NCBI GenBank assembly: GCA_964439095.1 | Contig: CAYTMT010000003.1 | Span: 1 to 36,336 of the forward strand | Direction: 5' to 3' | From: an uncultured Gammaproteobacteria bacterium | Lineage (GTDB): Bacteria > Patescibacteriota > Patescibacteriia > Magasanikbacterales > GWA2-37-8 | Length of the DNA: 36,336 nt | Shown here: piece after piece, positions 32,347 to 36,336 of the stretch | Position numbering within the stretch: the first letter of the stretch is position 1 | Layout: every line of letters begins with the position of its first letter | Translations under genes and position numbers: made by a program | The notes under the pieces: model-generated | Databases searched by the model: none | The model's input: only the letters and a program-made list of their open reading frames with translations | What the model was told of the DNA's origin: nothing

Positions 32347-33393
32347 TTATTTGTCTTTAAAATCTGGATACACCGCTACCTCGTGCAAAAGTTCGGCGTC
32401 ATCCAACAACATACCAGCACCGCGCACTACTGCCGTGAGCGGATCGTCAGCAATGCGTACTGGAATTTCGGTGGCACGAGCAATGAGCTGATCAATACCG
32501 CGCAGGAGTGCACCACCACCCGAAATAAGAATACCACGCTCGTGAATGTCAGCTACCAATTCTGGGGGCGTGGTTTCGAGTGTCGCTTTAATGTTTTCTA
32601 CAATCTGCCGCAACGAACGCGCGATAGCTTCACGTACCTCAGCATCATTAATCATGACTTCTTTAGGAAGACCGCTTAACAAATCGCGTCCGCGCATAGG
32701 ATACTGCATTGATTCGCGCAATTCCACCGCTGATCCGATTTTAATTTTAATATCTTCTGCTTGGCGTTCACCGACCAACAAATTAAAATGATCACGCGCA
32801 AACTGGATAATATTACGATTAAGTTCGTCGCCCGCGATTTTAATGGAACGGCGCATCACCGTGCCACCGAGCGAAATCACGGCGATCTCGCACGTGCCAC
32901 CACCCATGTCCACAATAAAATTACCCACCGCTTCTTTTACCGGCATGCGGGAGCCGATAGCCGCGGCCATGGATTCTTCTACAATCCACACCTCTTTGGC
33001 GCCAGCGGCCAAGACTGCGTCCGAAACTGCTTTGCGCTCTACTTCGGTAATAGACAGGGGCACGCCAATAACCACTCTCGGCCGAAAAAACGAATGCCAT
33101 CCGCCTTCAAAAATTTTGTTAATAAAAAACGACAACATTTTTTCGGTGGCTTCAAAATCAGAAATAATGCCGTTGGTGAGCGGGCGCGTGGTAACAATGT
33201 GCGGTGGGGTTTTGCCAAGCATCTCTTTGGCTTCGTTGCCTACGGCCAAAATCTGTTCAGTGCGCGTGTTAATGGCGACCACCGATGGTTCGTTAATTAC
33301 AATTCCCCGGCCTTTAACATAGACCAGTGTGTTCGCAGTGCCAAGATCAATTCCAATTTCTTTGGCAAATCGTTGCCAGACAGGTACAGACAT
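32347..33393 (-). CDS. mreB: Rod shape-determining actin homologue MreB
   Basis: IGIDLGTANTLVYVKGRGIVINEPSVVA, VIGVPLSITEVERKAV, IVDMGGGTCEIAVISLGG, GILISGGGALLRGID are canonical MreB motifs. Confidence 0.95.
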   Translation of the reverse strand: MSVPVWQRFAKEIGIDLGTANTLVYVKGRGIVINEPSVVAINTRTEQILAVGNEAKEMLGKTPPHIVTTRPLTNGIISDFEATEKMLSFFINKIFEGGWHSFFRPRVVIGVPLSITEVERKAVSDAVLAAGAKEVWIVEESMAAAIGSRMPVKEAVGNFIVDMGGGTCEIAVISLGGTVMRRSIKIAGDELNRNIIQFARDHFNLLVGERQAEDIKIKIGSAVELRESMQYPMRGRDLLSGLPKEVMINDAEVREAIARSLRQIVENIKATLETTPPELVADIHERGILISGGGALLRGIDQLIARATEIPVRIADDPLTAVVRGAGMLLDDAELLHEVAVYPDFKDK

Positions 33394-33396
33394 AGA

Positions 33397-33792
33397 CTAA
33401 CGCAACTCAACGGCTTCACGAGCCTGAATAACACTTCGTATTTCAAGCAGCAAAACACCAGCTAAAATAATAATTGCAACGAGCGGTGAAATAAATCGCA
33501 AGGCCAAAAACAACCCCACGCTAATAACCGAAACAGAAAGCACCAACGCGTGCACACTCGCTCGACGCACCAGTCGAAACGCCATTTTTTTATCGGCCGT
33601 GCCCAGGTAGCGCACCCCAAAATCCAAGAGTGAAAATAGCCCTAAACAGGACAAAAATAAGCTCACATAAAACAAAGATAACCCAAAAACACCAATTTGA
33701 TATGGATCAAGGGCGAACACGATATATATGGTTAATACTGCTGAAACAGCCGTTTCCGCAAGTAAAGCAAAAATATATTGACGAAGGGTCAT
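33397..33792 (-). CDS. Small four-helix membrane protein, function unknown
   Basis: 131-aa hydrophobic ORF, first gene behind the 33801-33829 promoter. Its stop is 3 nt before the mreB ATG. Confidence 0.6.
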   Translation of the reverse strand: MTLRQYIFALLAETAVSAVLTIYIVFALDPYQIGVFGLSLFYVSLFLSCLGLFSLLDFGVRYLGTADKKMAFRLVRRASVHALVLSVSVISVGLFLALRFISPLVAIIILAGVLLLEIRSVIQAREAVELR

Positions 33793-33800
33793 ATGCGGTT

Positions 33801-33829
33801 ATTGTACCCTGTGTGCGGATGTTTGGCAA
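33801..33829 (-). promoter_or_regulatory. Sigma70-type promoter TTGCCA-N17-TACAAT, 8 nt from ATG 33792 (predicts a leaderless mRNA)
   Basis: Minus strand reads TTGCCAaacatccgcacacagggTACAATaaccgcatATG. Confidence 0.5.
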
Positions 33830-33845
33830 GGTAAAGAAAAACCCG

Positions 33846-34139
33846 TTATTGCGCGCACCGGAGGCGCGTTACCACTGACTTTCCCACTGCTTTGTTTACG
33901 GCGGCTACAATCTCTGGCTCACGGAGTTTCATTTCGCTGGCCGAGACCGAGCTGAGGCAGGCAATGGTGAGTACGCTGTTTTTAAAATGTGATACGCGCA
34001 CAAATTCTTCGATCTCGGGGCCAAACATAATCACCAGCGCCTGGTTGGCTTTTTCCACCACCATCGACGCTTCCACACTGCGCAGTACCGGACTACCGCC
34101 CGCGCGTTGTGATAAGAGTGAACCGAGAGAATTGAACAT
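33846..34139 (-). CDS. DUF721/DciA-like small protein (possible replicative-helicase loader family)
   Basis: 97 aa. VSHFKNSVLTIACLSSVSASEMKLREPEIVAAVNKAVGKSVVTRL resembles the 'L.v.v.s..wa.el......i...ln' pattern of DUF721. By-eye assignment from memory. Confidence 0.4.
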   Translation of the reverse strand: MFNSLGSLLSQRAGGSPVLRSVEASMVVEKANQALVIMFGPEIEEFVRVSHFKNSVLTIACLSSVSASEMKLREPEIVAAVNKAVGKSVVTRLRCAQ

Positions 34140-34172
34140 GTGAATTTCCTTGCTTATTGTTAAATTAATACA

Positions 34173-36336
34173 TTACTGCCTAAATTCGCAAATATCCCGA
34201 AAATCGCAATGGCCACACACGTGCGCGCTCGGGGTGGCGGTAAAATCACGCGTGGTTATTTTTGCAATCGTAGCGGTCAATTTGTGTTGTAATTTTTCGG
34301 TTTCCTCAGCACTGCCCAAAAACGAAACTTTCACATTGTCGTTCACATAATAATACGACAATTTGCTGGTGGCGCCTAGAGTGTGATATTCCGGCAATTT
34401 TTCGGTGGCAATTTGGTACAACAATAATTGGTCTTTTTCATCGCCCGTTACTTTGGCTTTGGCTGTGCCAGTTTTGTAGTCGATAATTTCCAGCGTGCCA
34501 TCGGGTAATTGATCCACCCGGTCGATGCGCCCGTGCACCACATAGTCCCCTACCTTAATTTTAAACCAGCCTTCGAGCGCCACTGGTACCGTCCAATGTC
34601 CGTCTTCGGCGGCATAAAAAACTTTGAGGATCTCGCGGCCTTTGGCAAAATATTCTTCACGCTGGCGCTTACTCTCGAACCAACTGTCGCCCCAATTTTT
34701 TTCGTAGATAGCTAACAGCTCGGCGAGTGATGGCGCCTGCACCACTGACACATCGCGCGCCGGCACGGGGGCAGAAAAAAGCGATACCTGCGCGGCGCTG
34801 TTTAATTCTTGTAAGCGCTCATAAAAATGTTGCAAAGTGGAATGCATGGTAGTGCCAAAACTAAAACTGGCATGGCCGCGCGTGGGAATTTTGAGCACGT
34901 GCGCCAGCTTGTATTGATACGGACACGTTTCGTAGGATTTAAGTTGCGAAAAAGAAAACTTTTCTGGAATAGGATACAAAAATGGCGCAGGATTTTTTTC
35001 GGGATTATTGGTTTTAATAGTCTGTAATCCCACGGTGCGTTTTACACGCTCGCCGGTTTCGGTTACCAACCCCACCTCGGCCAAAAATCGGCTAGGCTTT
35101 TTGGCGCGCACCCCGCCGTAGTCGGTGGCAGTACTCAAAAATAATCCATACTTGGCGCGGGTAACGGCCACATAAAACAACCGACGCTCTTCTTCCACAT
35201 GCCCATCACCTTCGGGCAATTGCTCTTTAATGAGCGCGCTCGGAATGGGTAACGCTTCGCCGCGGCGGCGGGTAGGAAAACGTTCTTCCACCAAATTAAC
35301 CACAAACACGTACGAAAACTCCAGCCCTTTGGCGCCGTGCACGGTCAAAATACGCACCCCCTCACCTGCGGTCACGTCCTGCGGCATAGTGCCATCATCA
35401 CCAGATTCGAGCACATATTCCAAATGTTCCAAAAAATTATGCGTGCGCGCACCCGGGTTAGCAGTTTCAAACGCCGCGATATTCTCGAGCAGTTGTTGCA
35501 GATAAAAAACTTGTTCCAACACTCGCCGATCGTTTTCGTGTTCGGTGGCCGCGAGATAACTCAAATACCCCACCTTATCCAAAAAATGATACAGCACCAC
35601 GGATGGTTTTTCTTCTTTAGATTGTTCGGCGGCAGTGTGTAATAGATGCAATAATTTTTCCACCACTATCTGCCCGGCCGCGGACACGCCAAACTCGCGC
35701 GCCCGCGTGAGCGCTTCGTAATAGGAAATGGTTTTGCGCTTCGCCCCGTCATACACAATTTTTTGCACATCATGTTCGGCAATGGGCAGACACGGCAAGC
35801 GGAGCAAGCGATACACAGCCGTAGATTCGTGATAGCGATCAATGGCTTTAAAAAAATTCAAGCAGTCGAGCACAATCGGCTGGCGATACAACCCGCTCGA
35901 CGCCCGAAATTCGTACGGAATCCGCGCCGCTTCGAGCGCCTCCACAAACGGATCAGCATGGTTGTTGGCGCGCACCAAAATGGCCATGTCCCAAAAATCC
36001 ACACCGCGTTTTTTTAACTCCCCAATTTTTTCCACCACCTGATGCACTTCGTCATCCAGGGTAGCGGCGGTGATATAGGTGAGCGGCGGAGTAGCTAAGT
36101 GTTCGGCCGAAATTTCTGCTTTGGAAACGAGTCGTTTATCCACGCCCAACTTTACCTCCAGTCGATCAGGATTATTGTTGGCAATAGCACGATAGGACGC
36201 ATCCAAAATTTCTTGGCGGGAGCGATAGTTTTCGGTGAGCACCACTTTTTCGGCTTGGGGGTAGTCGCTGTGAAAACGCAAAATATTAGACACCGAAGCG
36301 CCCCGAAAGGCATAGATGCTTTGGTCATCGTCCCCC
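34173..36336 (-). CDS. UvrD/PcrA-family helicase fused to a C-terminal PD-(D/E)xK, Cas4/AddB-type Fe-S nuclease domain (N-terminus beyond the right window edge)
   Basis: The frame stays open upstream of the track's 36293 'M', which is GTG. Window-edge codons read GDDDQSIYAFRGASV (helicase motif III). Then TENYRSRQEIL (IV), TVHGAKGLEFSYVFVV (V) and RRLFYVAVTRAK (VI). C-terminus: ETCPYQYKL ... GRIDRVDQLPDGTLEIIDYKTG ... CGHCDFRDIC, i.e. a Cys-X2-Cys-X5-Cys plus upstream Cys cluster and a D/ExK core. Confidence 0.85.
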   Translation of the reverse strand, partial: GDDDQSIYAFRGASVSNILRFHSDYPQAEKVVLTENYRSRQEILDASYRAIANNNPDRLEVKLGVDKRLVSKAEISAEHLATPPLTYITAATLDDEVHQVVEKIGELKKRGVDFWDMAILVRANNHADPFVEALEAARIPYEFRASSGLYRQPIVLDCLNFFKAIDRYHESTAVYRLLRLPCLPIAEHDVQKIVYDGAKRKTISYYEALTRAREFGVSAAGQIVVEKLLHLLHTAAEQSKEEKPSVVLYHFLDKVGYLSYLAATEHENDRRVLEQVFYLQQLLENIAAFETANPGARTHNFLEHLEYVLESGDDGTMPQDVTAGEGVRILTVHGAKGLEFSYVFVVNLVEERFPTRRRGEALPIPSALIKEQLPEGDGHVEEERRLFYVAVTRAKYGLFLSTATDYGGVRAKKPSRFLAEVGLVTETGERVKRTVGLQTIKTNNPEKNPAPFLYPIPEKFSFSQLKSYETCPYQYKLAHVLKIPTRGHASFSFGTTMHSTLQHFYERLQELNSAAQVSLFSAPVPARDVSVVQAPSLAELLAIYEKNWGDSWFESKRQREEYFAKGREILKVFYAAEDGHWTVPVALEGWFKIKVGDYVVHGRIDRVDQLPDGTLEIIDYKTGTAKAKVTGDEKDQLLLYQIATEKLPEYHTLGATSKLSYYYVNDNVKVSFLGSAEETEKLQHKLTATIAKITTRDFTATPSAHVCGHCDFRDICEFRQ

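Overview
This is a gene-dense 36.3-kb bacterial window that uses the standard code, since TGA, TAA and TAG all act as stops. All calls below were made by eye, with no searches run.

Gene content:
- Mostly housekeeping genes in five strand-alternating blocks.
- Translation: smpB, tmRNA, infC, rpmI, rplT, cysS, tRNA-Asp and tRNA-Gln.
- Replication and repair: ligA, dnaX, a DciA-like gene, and a UvrD-type helicase fused to a Cas4-like nuclease.
- Secretion and cell shape: secA, secD, secF and mreBCD.
- Metabolism: folD and a Dpm1-like GT2 glycosyltransferase.
- A compact type IV pilus module: pilM, a receiver-only response regulator, a pilin and a short A24 peptidase.
- The mix suggests a small-genome uncultivated lineage such as Patescibacteria/CPR. 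This is an inference only. The hints are a short pilin, a DUF5671-like membrane protein, a C39-like peptidase and T4SS-coupling-like ATPases with no conjugation genes nearby.

Features not visible in the ORF track:
1. A minus-strand ORF of more than 1275 codons (1..3827) is unlisted because it runs off the left edge.
2. A tmRNA lies 10 nt after smpB.
3. Two tRNAs are present.
4. A 53-codon membrane ORF (25127..25288) falls below the track's size cut-off.
5. The right-edge helicase continues beyond the window; its listed 'M' is an internal GTG.

Most interesting candidates:
- A VirD4/TraG-like ATPase (15703..18276) carries an uncharacterised N-terminal domain of about 430 aa. The same domain recurs alone, without the ATPase, in a 478-aa protein (23681..25117).
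- The giant modular protein sits in an operon with a Wzz-like protein and a polytopic membrane protein.
- SecD carries a parvulin-like segment inserted in its periplasmic head.
- A pilin-like domain is fused to a multi-pass membrane anchor.
- A promoter-to-terminator rod-shaped sRNA candidate has a CCUCCUU (anti-SD-like) loop.
- A DnaA-box cluster with an AT-rich tract lies next to it.

I found no CRISPR array, IS element, rRNA or prophage signature.
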